40,238 nt of DNA, taken from assembly GCA_043826455.1 (NCBI GenBank), contig JBDRQD010000025.1, positions 1-40,238 on the forward strand, in the 5' to 3' direction. The position numbers were made by a program, and so were the translations under genes. Position 1 is the stretch's first letter. Every line of letters starts with the position of its first letter. Of the stretch, positions 1-8,743 are shown piece by piece. The notes under the pieces are model-generated. The model saw only the letters and a list, made by a program, of their open reading frames with translations, was not told where the DNA came from and searched no databases. This DNA comes from Candidatus Bathyarchaeota archaeon (GTDB lineage Archaea; Thermoproteota; Bathyarchaeia; TCS64).

Positions 1-234
1 GCCTGCTCTTGCCTTTCATGAGGCTGTGGCCTCCCGGGGATGGCTGAGCATCGTTTGAGTGTTTCCGGCCTTCCCCGGTAACGATAGAGAACTCAAACAG
101 ATTAAATCTTTATACTAAAAAATCACTTGCGAATCTACTGAACCTATCTAAAATACTAGTCGCGCAACAACACAGGACGAACACAAATTTTTTATCTACA
201 ATTTTAAAAAAATGGTTATTAGTGGAATGCAGTC

Positions 235-552
235 TTGAGTGATAAAGAAACGCATGAGGATGCAGAATTCAAGATAACTTGTCTGAATGTGGGAGAACCT
301 GAATTAGAAGATGGATATAATATTTATAAATTTGAGGTTAAGATCCCTGAAGATACTTTTATTGATAAAAAAGGTGGAACACGTATTAGATTCCAATTAG
401 ACGTTGAAGGTTTTTTAGAAAATATTTTGCCTGTATTGATAACAAAAGCTATTGATGAAAAAAATGAGCACCTTTTTAAATTGTTACTTAAGAAATACTC
501 AATTTTTTGGCTTTGTGACCAAATCGGGTTGGAGTCTATTCCAGATTTCTAA
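235..552 (+). CDS. Hypothetical protein
   Basis: 105-aa AT-rich ORF with TTG start and an upstream TTTAAA box; no recognisable motif. Confidence 0.5.
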   Translation: MSDKETHEDAEFKITCLNVGEPELEDGYNIYKFEVKIPEDTFIDKKGGTRIRFQLDVEGFLENILPVLITKAIDEKNEHLFKLLLKKYSIFWLCDQIGLESIPDF

Positions 553-915
553 ATCATGTCTTACTTTTACGCCGTTAGGGTGTTACGCCGTCTGGCGTGT
601 GCTTAATATATTTATGCGTAGGTGTGTGCGGTTTTCCTCGACGTTTTTCACCGAAACCCCCGTGATTAACTAACCCCACCAATAGTTAATCCTATTTTAC
701 AGCAGTGATACGAGGGCGTAAATGGTCCAAACAGCACGTGTTACAGATCGTCAACAGCTAAGCCGAGTACTACGTGGGGCAGGGATACCGCGTTTCTAAT
801 GAGAAACCCCGTGATAGTGGTGGTCATGGTGGTTCTGAAAATGAAGTTCTCGCGGCTGTCATCAAAGCCCTACACGGAGCCATCCCTGAGATGTGAATTC
901 AATAATGGCGCATAA

Positions 916-1395
916 GGAATTAGGGAGATAGAGGTCTTTGTCGTAGGTAACGGTGGCTCCTCCGCTACAGCCTCCCACTTTACATCCGACCTGAGAAACG
1001 TGGGCATAGTCGCACACTGCCTGACCGATAATACAGCTAGGCTCACAGCCGTCATAAACGACTACGGCTGGAACGATTGCTATTCCAAGATATTCACCGA
1101 AATCTGCCTCATGAACTACCCCATCGGCATCATATTCAGCGTCCACGGTGGCTCAGGGCGAATCGTAGATGGTCAACAGTGGAGCACCAACCTCGTGAAC
1201 TTCGCCAAGGCTATCAAAGAACGTAACGGCACAGTCATATCTATCGTAGGAGGCGATGGTGGGCAACTCAAACACATATCCGACCTTTGTATCATCGTTC
1301 CCCACGACCACTACACGGTTGTGGAAGGTGTACACAGCGTCATAGCCCACGTGCTAACCGAACTTGTCTCCACACGGGTCGAGAAACGTGCTTGA
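916..1395 (+). pseudogene. gmhA: SIS-domain phosphoheptose isomerase (GmhA-like), 5'-damaged
   Basis: The frame of ORF 1000..1395 extends upstream as GIREIEVFVVGNGGSSATASHFTSDL (GmhA GNGGS motif) to an in-frame TAA at 913-915, with no standard start before the motif. SVHGGS, GGDGG and VEGVHSVIAH motifs lie downstream. Confidence 0.7.
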
Positions 1396-2122
1396 CACCG
1401 TATCTCTCGGCGACTGCCTAGACCTCATCTACAAACTCCCACACAAGTCTGTTGACCTCATCTTCACCGACCCGCCCTACAACATCTGCACCGACAGAAC
1501 CAAGATGACAGCCGTTCATGGCATTCCCACCTCCAATCAGGACGCTTGGGGCGATGACTTCACCGACAGCTATACTGATGAGGAATACTCAGATTTCATG
1601 TCATCACTCTGCGATGCCTATGACTATGTTCTGAAGGATGACGGCTCCATCATCACCTTTTTCGACAAAAACAAACCGCAGTTCCTATCCCCTTTCTATG
1701 ACCGTTTCACAATAAGGAACACCTTCGCCTTCATCAAGACCAACCCACCCAACCACTTCAGGATGAACAACTACCGTTCGGGCTTCGAGCAGTGTGCATG
1801 GTTCAGCCGAGAAAAGTACAGGATCAACTTCATCTCCCAAAGCGGTATGATCAACGTGTTCTACGGTCAGACGAATTACAGAGTCGCTGGTCACCCCACC
1901 GAGAAGCTCCCGTGGATGGTGGAGCCTCTCATCCTACGCCACACCAACGAGGGCGACACCGTGCTAGACCCCATGTGCGGCTCAGGCACGATGCTCGTCT
2001 ACGCCAAGAAGCACAGGAGGCAGTACATAGGCTTCGACATCGAACCCAAGTACGTTGACATGAGCCTCCAACGCCTAGCCGATACCCATGTGACCCGCGA
2101 CATCCGAGGGGCGTTCAGGTAA
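1388..2122 (+). CDS. Site-specific DNA methyltransferase (N4-C/N6-A, beta class)
   Basis: GDCL, TDPPY (motif IV), HPTEK and VLDPMCGSGT (motif I) in beta order. GTG at 1388 overlaps the gmhA-like stop. Confidence 0.9.
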   Translation: MLDTVSLGDCLDLIYKLPHKSVDLIFTDPPYNICTDRTKMTAVHGIPTSNQDAWGDDFTDSYTDEEYSDFMSSLCDAYDYVLKDDGSIITFFDKNKPQFLSPFYDRFTIRNTFAFIKTNPPNHFRMNNYRSGFEQCAWFSREKYRINFISQSGMINVFYGQTNYRVAGHPTEKLPWMVEPLILRHTNEGDTVLDPMCGSGTMLVYAKKHRRQYIGFDIEPKYVDMSLQRLADTHVTRDIRGAFR

Positions 2123-2315
2123 GTTTCCACTACTTTTAATACTACATCTAGCCACACAACAGTAAATTAAAACTAACCGTGCCATAAAATTGCCTACATT
2201 GGGAAACTAGGCGTTGTTCTTTCCCATTTTGAATGTGTGCCTTTGGTGGCTAGCTAGATGCATCGCCTAAAAACACTTACTAATCACTGATTATGGTGGT
2301 GTTAACAAATGGAGT

Positions 2316-2450
2316 TCACTGCTTTTTCCGTCTTTTCTGTATCGCCCTATCCATAGCGTCTCTTCCCACCTCAACCGAACCCGTGTAACTCCTAGCCGTC
2401 TCCATGCTCTCCCAACTGAACCAGTCGGCAACCGTGTTCAAGTCGAACCC
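2316..2450 (-). pseudogene. C-terminal remnant of a tyrosine recombinase
   Basis: Manual translation GFDLNTVADWFSWESMETARSYTGSVEVGRDAMDRAIQKRRKKQ* resembles box II (W..W......Y) of archaeal integrases. It is preceded by an in-frame TAG. Confidence 0.55.
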
Positions 2451-2596
2451 CTACCAAGGATCCACAGATGACCCTATCGAAGAGGGCAGCCTGAATTCAT
2501 GAAAACAAAGCCACTAGGAGACCAGCAGACAACACGGCACCAGGTCCAGTTCAAATATATTAAATAGGCTCATCAAAGGGAATATCTTGAAGGAAT

Positions 2597-2848
2597 ATGA
2601 GTGGCTTACAATTTGAGATGTCCCCCGTGGATGAAAAACCCGGCAGGAGGTACCGTAAGAGGAGCAAGTATGACCCCATCGTTGACAGGTTCCTCGAGGG
2701 AGGCAGCGGCATCGTCTTGGTTGAGGTCGAGGGCAAGGAAGCCAACTACGTTAGAACCCAGCTGAAGAAGCGGATAGACGCCCGCATGCTCACAGACGAG
2801 ATCCATGTCTCGGTAGCCAGCGGTAAGGTGTACCTGGAGAAGCTGTAA
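2597..2848 (+). CDS. Small basic putative DNA-binding protein
   Basis: 83 aa with RRYRKRSKYDPIVDRFL. Upstream ATATATTAAA TATA-like box and GAAGGA SD-like site. Confidence 0.7.
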   Translation: MSGLQFEMSPVDEKPGRRYRKRSKYDPIVDRFLEGGSGIVLVEVEGKEANYVRTQLKKRIDARMLTDEIHVSVASGKVYLEKL

Positions 2849-2884
2849 AGCTGGTTTGAGTAGAGCAGGCGCCTCCAACTCCTG

Positions 2885-3165
2885 TGCCATTCAATTTGAG
2901 GGGGCAGTTGAATGTGTTTTCCGAGGGTACCTTGGGTTTGGGTTCCAAACGGGTAGCCGATGGAAAACGAGCCCTGCGTGAGGCGTCGCCAAATGCCTTG
3001 TGTTTAATTTCCTTGAGGGTTCCTGATCTGAAACCCTCAAGCATCCTTACAACATTCCAACACATGGCAGTATCAGATCACTGGATGAGTCTAGGGTCTA
3101 GGCTCTTTAACGCTGGGACCACGTCTCCTCGAGGTGAGGCGTAGGTCTAACCCGTGGACTAGACC
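2885..3165. ncRNA. Candidate structured non-coding element (several hairpins plus a possible pseudoknot)
   Basis: Stems 2888-2896/2906-2914, 2916-2968 (nested), 3012-3021/3032-3041 (perfect 10 bp), 3121-3142 and 3144-3165. Loop TGATCTGA is complementary to TCAGATCA at 3073-3080. Confidence 0.35.
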
Positions 3166-3369
3166 ATGTAGCTGTCGAGAACAGGGAGCAACCTATGGCG
3201 TTTCAGGTGCATAATCTTGGCTGCTTTAGCTAACACAACACGCCATGAATTGATTATCATTAAAACGCAAAGCATATGTTCAATTGTAAATATTCCTGCA
3301 TGAAAACCTCACTTGCTAAAGACATTCTAATATGTTACACAGAATTATACGAGAAAACAGAGTGAGCTT

Positions 3370-4011
3370 TTAGCGATCCTTTTTCATAGCCACAACAAGT
3401 AATGCTACAGCAATAAGAATAGATACAATTGGATATCCAGAAATATTATTCGAAGAAGCGGTATTCTCCAACTGTGCATTTAATTCATTGTAACTTTGAG
3501 ATAACTCGTTGTAATCTTTTAAAAGACTATCATAATCCCCTTGAAGAGAATCATATTTAACAAGCAGATCATTATACTTTTGTTCATAATCAATCATAAC
3601 AACTGGTTCATCCACTTGAAAAACGAGGGAGGTACTAAATGACCGTGCTTCTTTATGCAACCTAGGTTGCTCAACAAATATATTATATGAAATCTCAATA
3701 TAGACGGTATGTTCCCCAGGTGTTCTGTACTTTGATTGTGTGGGGATTTTAAAATTATAGTCAAAACCAGCACCAGGTTCATCCCCTTTAGGTATGTTTT
3801 GTTTAAACCCTTGCTCTAGCACATAGTCATCCCAGTAAACGTATAATGACGCATCTGTCATGATTCCACGTATTTTAAGGAAAATATTGGCGTCTTCTTC
3901 TCCGTTATGGGGAATAAGAACCGCTTCTATTTCTGATCCGTGTACATTAACAATATAGAATTGTGTACAGATTATTATCGAGAGCAAGCATGCGAGATTT
4001 CTTTTTCTCAT
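3370..4011 (-). CDS. Secreted/surface protein with coiled coil and C-terminal sorting-like signal
   Basis: Signal peptide MRKRNLACLLSIII, heptad YxxL repeats, and a C-terminal ISGYP + hydrophobic helix + KKDR (PGF/Loki-CTERM-like). Confidence 0.8.
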   Translation of the reverse strand: MRKRNLACLLSIIICTQFYIVNVHGSEIEAVLIPHNGEEDANIFLKIRGIMTDASLYVYWDDYVLEQGFKQNIPKGDEPGAGFDYNFKIPTQSKYRTPGEHTVYIEISYNIFVEQPRLHKEARSFSTSLVFQVDEPVVMIDYEQKYNDLLVKYDSLQGDYDSLLKDYNELSQSYNELNAQLENTASSNNISGYPIVSILIAVALLVVAMKKDR

Positions 4012-4235
4012 TGTTAGAAATAGTATATCGTTCCATTAATAACTATTTTCAAAAAAAAGTTAAAAGGTATGTGTTTAGCTCGGATTAACAAATGAGAAAT
4101 TTGCACTATTTTCATTTAATTTCAGCTTTCTTTTTCATGGAAATGTCAAAATAAGCATCGTTCAAAAGCTTATTTTATATCCGAAAATTCTTGAGCAAAA
4201 CACGTACGTTAAAAGAGATTGAAGTGCTTGTCTTT

Positions 4236-4436
4236 TTAGGAAAATGCTTCACGCATTTCTTGATATCGTTCTTTTCTTTTGCTTCTTTCAGTCCAGGCGA
4301 TTAGGATCACAGCTATTATGAATAAGATAATTGCTGACGTTGAATCATTTGATCCAAGAGCTAAAAAAGAAGCGCCGATTAACATCATCGCAACTATGGT
4401 GGTACCCATTCTAAAGAAAGTTCTAAGTATCCACAC
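4236..4436 (-). CDS. Small two-TM membrane protein
   Basis: Two hydrophobic helices followed by a basic tail. Confidence 0.55.
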   Translation of the reverse strand: MWILRTFFRMGTTIVAMMLIGASFLALGSNDSTSAIILFIIAVILIAWTERSKRKERYQEMREAFS

Positions 4437-4878
4437 GCATTAACTTTCTTCAATTGTTATTTAAAATTTATTCAAACTGCATGCTGAAATTCAGTTTTAA
4501 CTTTATCAATACGTATTGGATTAGAAATTTGTGGTGGACGGGGGAAAAATCGTTAATGTCTGCTCCTGTACAGTGAGTCTATAGTTTCGTAACACAGGGT
4601 CACCCGCTTAACGTTGTACAGGTGGCCCTTTTAACCAGCGGCCCTATCGCTGCATTACTCGACCCTAATAAATGTTAGATAAGTAACCTTTTAGAAGTAA
4701 AACAGGCCACTAAATACCCCATTTTCCACGCCGTTATATCACAAAAAAAGGAAAAAGTGTGATAAATATATTAAGCGGTCTCAGGGCTGGGATGTCTCAT
4801 ATTTTTGTGTGTATGGGGAGTGGGTGCCACTGAGAGGGTATAGACCTTAGCTGTACAACATATATCAGAGGCTTAACC

Positions 4879-5850
4879 CTAGCTCCCTCTACGCTTCTCC
4901 CTTTTACGCCAGATCCTGCACCTAGATTCCAAGCACTCGTCTTTTTTCATGATCGTTGCACACTTGAAAGGGCGGCGCCCTTCAAGCGCCATCAGCTCCA
5001 ACATGTACCATGCCTCACGTTCATCAAGGTCCTTGACGCCACGTAACATCGCCATTATGCCGTCGGGGTCATGGCCTTTTGCTGTTAACTCGGCCACCGC
5101 AGCCCGCATCATAAAGAGAGACACGCCCTGGGGGTTTTCACCCTTAAGCACAGCATTGATGCAAGGTCTTACCCTCGAAAACATGAGGTGCTTCCCATGC
5201 GAAGCAAGCTCAGGGTTCTCCAATCGCCGGGATGCGGCGTCAACAACGTTTAAACCTAGCCCCGAGGCTCGCTGAGCCCCAGAGAACCCATGTTCAAGTT
5301 CTAGGGGCTCACGTTCAAGGGTCACGGGGGTAACCATCTTGAGGGTTATAGGATGTACAGTGTAAGGTACCATGGTCATTGCGCGGATGTTGCCCAGTGA
5401 TGATCTGTTTAGGGTAGGGTAGTGTGCGCCTTTGATTAGCATAAGCTGAAGCTCATTGTAGAGGGACACCAGATCTTTCTCGGATCCTGCCACTGGTTCT
5501 TTTAGCCAGACGTATACGGTGTAGCCGTTATAGCTGTTGAAGACGGTTATGGCGCCTGCGCCATAGTGTTTTCGCAGAGACTCGTTGAATGCCTGTGTGT
5601 CGCTCCATGCTTGAGGTATCTCGCCCTTGTACCCGAAGTGGAAAAATAGACGGTCAATGGCGCAGACCTCGTTGTTCGTTCCGATGGGGTTCACGCTCAT
5701 AAAGAGCGGAGAGGCTCCTTCTGATATGAGTTGATTTAAATCACCGGGAACGTTGACAAGTCTTTCATATGTTGTTTTTACGCTGCGCATTGGCCCGGGT
5801 GACGCCCATTCAGCGAGGAAAGCTTCAAAATCTGTCACCTGATCTTCCAC
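4879..5850 (-). CDS. Archaeo-eukaryotic primase (AEP)-like protein fused to a PriL-type Cys4 domain, catalytic motifs degenerate
   Basis: IDRLFFHFG / NSYNGYTVYVWL / GNIRAMTMVPYTVHP align by eye to AEP motifs I-III. C-terminal RPCI...FKCATI....CLESRC resembles a PriL Fe-S domain. Overlaps the helicase 3' end. Confidence 0.65.
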   Translation of the reverse strand: MEDQVTDFEAFLAEWASPGPMRSVKTTYERLVNVPGDLNQLISEGASPLFMSVNPIGTNNEVCAIDRLFFHFGYKGEIPQAWSDTQAFNESLRKHYGAGAITVFNSYNGYTVYVWLKEPVAGSEKDLVSLYNELQLMLIKGAHYPTLNRSSLGNIRAMTMVPYTVHPITLKMVTPVTLEREPLELEHGFSGAQRASGLGLNVVDAASRRLENPELASHGKHLMFSRVRPCINAVLKGENPQGVSLFMMRAAVAELTAKGHDPDGIMAMLRGVKDLDEREAWYMLELMALEGRRPFKCATIMKKDECLESRCRIWRKREKRRGS

Positions 5851-8009
5851 CTACCATCGCGAGTGTCCTTGTAGATCAACCCATCTCTCGCCGCTGCTTT
5901 GATTGCGTTCTCCAAAGTTCTCGGGTGCACTTCTCTGAAGGTTTGGGCAAGCTCCTCGTCAGTGGAACCACCCTGAGTTTTCCTGATCCAGTCTACTATC
6001 CGCTCCACAAGCTGGGCACTTGTGGGAGTCTCTGCGTCAGTGTGGGTAGAGACTTCAGATACATTATTAAGGAAATCATCGAAAGCGGTAATTGTTTTTT
6101 CAGCTGCGGAATTTTCACCATCACTAACGCTACTAACGCTATTAACGCTATTTTCAGAGTTTTGTCTAATGCGTGTAATTGTTACTACTCGATTTGTTCC
6201 CGTGTGATTACTTTCGACTTTTATTCCAGCAGCTAGAAGACTGGGCAGATCCTCAGTGAGTCGTCGCATCATCCACTCGGGGCTCTTTGGCCACTTTTTC
6301 TGTTTAATAGAAATACCTAAACTCTGTGCGTGGTCGCATAAAGCGCTATAGAGCAGTGATGGCGGTCCACTCCATTCACTGGTAAAGGAGTTCATGAAAG
6401 ATACAAGAACTCTACTTATGGGTGACGAATCCAGTATCTCCTCGTTCTGATTCTTCACATTCTCCTCATATGCATCTAGGAACCGTTGGTGATCCATCCC
6501 CAAGGCTTCAGTTATCGCGCAGCCCCATCTAGTAAAGTCCGATAATCTGTAAAGCTCGGTTAGTTGGATGGTTAGGTATATATTTCGAGCCTTTACTAAT
6601 GTGTCCAGCATTCCGCCCAATATGAGACCTGCGTCTGCTGAGAACTGCTCAGTTAGTTCTTTCTCCTCTTTTCTCAGGTTGTTCGGTAACAATTCGCAGT
6701 TCAGGATTATTGTCCGGTCAAGCAAATCGCTGCGCTGTGGCACTATGTTGATGCCGTTCAGCCCAACACAGCGCCTGAACCTGTAGATTACGTCGTCGTC
6801 GTCTGTGTACAGCTTTCTTTTTGTGATCCCAGCTCCTGTAACTGCGCGGCATAAAACGTCGCTCGCCCAATTAGACAGAACCGAAACATTGTCGTAGAAA
6901 CAGCAGTAGTGGTGGTTGAGTTGCTGCGCCATTTCCATGTCGTTGCGGGGCATTGCGAGGAGATCCACAGTTGAAGGGTCTACGATTTCTCGGGCAAATT
7001 TAAGGGCGAGACTTTTCCCGCTTCCAGGTGGTCCCCAGATCACCATGTTCGGGTGTTGAATTTCTGGGACGAGAAAACTGATAATGGACACAAGGTACAA
7101 AAGCTGCTGATTTTCATTTTTCAAGTTTACAAAACCCAGAATTGTCCAAGGGTTTCCGCCCTCGATTGGTACGGGAAGTTCTTTTTGGTGACTATACCTA
7201 TAGAATATGGGGTCCTCACGTTTTTCTATTTTCCAGCCTTCTGATGTTACATGTAAGTGCTCCCAGTTATCGTTTGCTAAGTCTATCAAGGTACCGCCTT
7301 GACCATCAGGTGCAACTCTGTTGTACAGAGTATGTGTGGGTCCTTCACGGGCTTTGGCTCTGAGTATGCTTAGCGCTGCGTTGATGGCTTCACTGCTTGG
7401 GATTTTATTTGTTTCAGTGTAGAATTGCATAGCGATCCTATCTTTGACTATGGGCGATTGGAGAGGATAGGTCTTGTATACTTTTGTAGAATCATTGTTA
7501 TTAACTTGAGAAATGCTGTTAATCGCGTTATTACCGTTAGTGGAGATCAAATCAGGATAACAAATATGGGGTACACCATACTGATCTTTAGACAGTTTGC
7601 ACCCCGTATCTTGTACAAGCGCCACTATTTGAGCAGCTTGGGATGTTCGTTCCTCATTTGGTGACGTATCGGGTGTAGCTGGCTGCGTTTTCTCAAGGTA
7701 GTTTGCTAACTCTGCCAATTGCCTCTCCACGAGATGATATTCTAGGTTCAAATTTTCTGCTATACGTTTCGCTGTTATGTTGCCAAAACTTGTGACTGTG
7801 AAGAGTGGTTGTTCAGTACTTGTTTCTGCTTCATCCCCGTCTGTTTCTTCCTTTTTGATGATTTTATATACGATGCCGCCATTTTTTGTAGGGTGTATCC
7901 TATATCCGTCTAAGAGCTGTGGGATTGTTGGAGGGGGGGACCACCCACACTTGGGACACCTGCCGTCTTCCAAAGCTGCGCCACAAGCGGGGCACACGAT
8001 GTCAACCAT
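5835..8009 (-). CDS. Mobile-element P-loop ATPase / replicative helicase-like protein with N-terminal Zn ribbon
   Basis: CPACG..CPKC, Walker A GPPGSGKS, CFYDN (Walker B-like), LCRAVTG, RKLYTD, LNGI and DLLDR. Confidence 0.8.
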   Translation of the reverse strand: MVDIVCPACGAALEDGRCPKCGWSPPPTIPQLLDGYRIHPTKNGGIVYKIIKKEETDGDEAETSTEQPLFTVTSFGNITAKRIAENLNLEYHLVERQLAELANYLEKTQPATPDTSPNEERTSQAAQIVALVQDTGCKLSKDQYGVPHICYPDLISTNGNNAINSISQVNNNDSTKVYKTYPLQSPIVKDRIAMQFYTETNKIPSSEAINAALSILRAKAREGPTHTLYNRVAPDGQGGTLIDLANDNWEHLHVTSEGWKIEKREDPIFYRYSHQKELPVPIEGGNPWTILGFVNLKNENQQLLYLVSIISFLVPEIQHPNMVIWGPPGSGKSLALKFAREIVDPSTVDLLAMPRNDMEMAQQLNHHYCCFYDNVSVLSNWASDVLCRAVTGAGITKRKLYTDDDDVIYRFRRCVGLNGINIVPQRSDLLDRTIILNCELLPNNLRKEEKELTEQFSADAGLILGGMLDTLVKARNIYLTIQLTELYRLSDFTRWGCAITEALGMDHQRFLDAYEENVKNQNEEILDSSPISRVLVSFMNSFTSEWSGPPSLLYSALCDHAQSLGISIKQKKWPKSPEWMMRRLTEDLPSLLAAGIKVESNHTGTNRVVTITRIRQNSENSVNSVSSVSDGENSAAEKTITAFDDFLNNVSEVSTHTDAETPTSAQLVERIVDWIRKTQGGSTDEELAQTFREVHPRTLENAIKAAARDGLIYKDTRDGRWKIR
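6122..6148 (+). repeat. 9-bp-period tandem array (CACTAACGC TACTAACGC TATTAACGC)
   Basis: Seen directly; inverted partner at 7516-7542. Confidence 0.75.
7516..7542 (-). repeat. 9-bp-period tandem array (CACTAACGG TAATAACGC GATTAACAG on the minus strand)
   Basis: Seen directly; imperfect inverted copy of 6122-6148. Confidence 0.65.
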
Positions 8010-8115
8010 GTTTTAAAGCTTCCTCCAGTTTGGTTAGGTGTTTCAGGGCCTCATCCACGACGTTCTCTAGGGGGGCCAGGGTGGTGCTTAGGGCTGCGTA
8101 TTCGTCGCTGGTCAT
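8002..8115 (-). CDS. Small 37-aa amphipathic protein (below ORF-track cutoff)
   Basis: MTSDEYAALSTTLAPLENVVDEALKHLTKLEEALKHG. ATGA overlap with the upstream ORF and overlap with the helicase start. Confidence 0.5.
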   Translation of the reverse strand: MTSDEYAALSTTLAPLENVVDEALKHLTKLEEALKHG

Positions 8116-8441
8116 CGTCGGTTCTCCTCTGTTGTCAGCTGCCGCCTTGGGTTCGGGCTGTTTATTGCTAAAAAGTACGCCCGTGCTATCTCTCGCAGGA
8201 TCAGCCCGTAGGTGTCTGTTCTAGGTAGGGTTAAGCGGATCGTACCATCAGCCCAGATCGTTAGACGGTAACCCCACGATCTCACGGTTGACTCACATAC
8301 TCCGAGAGCTAAGTCTTGGGGGTTGATGGGCTTAAGTGGGTACGTGGTTAATACTCGTTTGTCAGAGTTTAATCCCTGTTCTACGTGCCCAGAGATTTCA
8401 CGTTTGCCGTTGACGCTTATCCACAGCTCGCGCCTAGGCAT
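8112..8441 (-). CDS. Hypothetical protein of the element
   Basis: 109 aa, GGAGGAGG SD upstream, part of a coupled operon. Confidence 0.6.
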   Translation of the reverse strand: MPRRELWISVNGKREISGHVEQGLNSDKRVLTTYPLKPINPQDLALGVCESTVRSWGYRLTIWADGTIRLTLPRTDTYGLILREIARAYFLAINSPNPRRQLTTEENRR

Positions 8442-8590
8442 GCGGTGGCCTCCTCCAGTTTTTTGTTTAACTCTGTCAGGCTGCTGCAGCCCTCGGCGAG
8501 CTTAAGCAAATCCTTAAGGCTGAATGTAACCTCGGTTATCTCAGGTGTCTCCGCCCCAGTGGGCTTTGCGGGCTGCTGAGGGCTAGACAC
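8417..8590 (-). CDS. Small 57-aa hypothetical protein (below ORF-track cutoff)
   Basis: GTG immediately after the RHH stop, preceded by GGAGG. Overlaps the next ORF. Confidence 0.45.
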   Translation of the reverse strand: MSSPQQPAKPTGAETPEITEVTFSLKDLLKLAEGCSSLTELNKKLEEATACLGASCG

Positions 8591-8743
8591 CTAAGATACC
8601 TCCTTCTCAAATAATTGTCTTAAAGCAACTCGGAAAAGCTCGCTCTGGGTCGCATAGTCGCCACGATTCACTGCAGCGTCAATTCGGTTTTTCAGGAGTT
8701 TAGGCACTTTAACGCCAATAAACACCAGTTCTTTTTTTTGCAT
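8591..8743 (-). CDS. Ribbon-helix-helix (CopG/Arc/MetJ) regulator
   Basis: VFIGVKVPKLLKNRIDAAVNRGDYATQSELFRVALRQLF; start set at MQKK. Confidence 0.85.
   Translation of the reverse strand: MQKKELVFIGVKVPKLLKNRIDAAVNRGDYATQSELFRVALRQLFEKEVS

Noticed and set aside
568..815. Short repeats TTACGCCGT x2 and GAAACCCC(C)GTGAT x2, and hairpin GATTAACTA/TAGTTAATC, as a CRISPR or iteron array
   Set aside because: Only two copies of each, with no regular repeat-spacer period and no cas genes.
2145..2260. Imperfect inverted repeat CATCTAGCCAC / GTGGCTAGCTAGATG as a MITE
   Set aside because: Single copy with no target duplication seen; too weak to call.
2305..2330. ATGGAGTTCAC as a fluoride riboswitch
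   Set aside because: The upstream pairing strand and downstream pseudoknot partner are absent, and it overlaps the stop of the integrase remnant.
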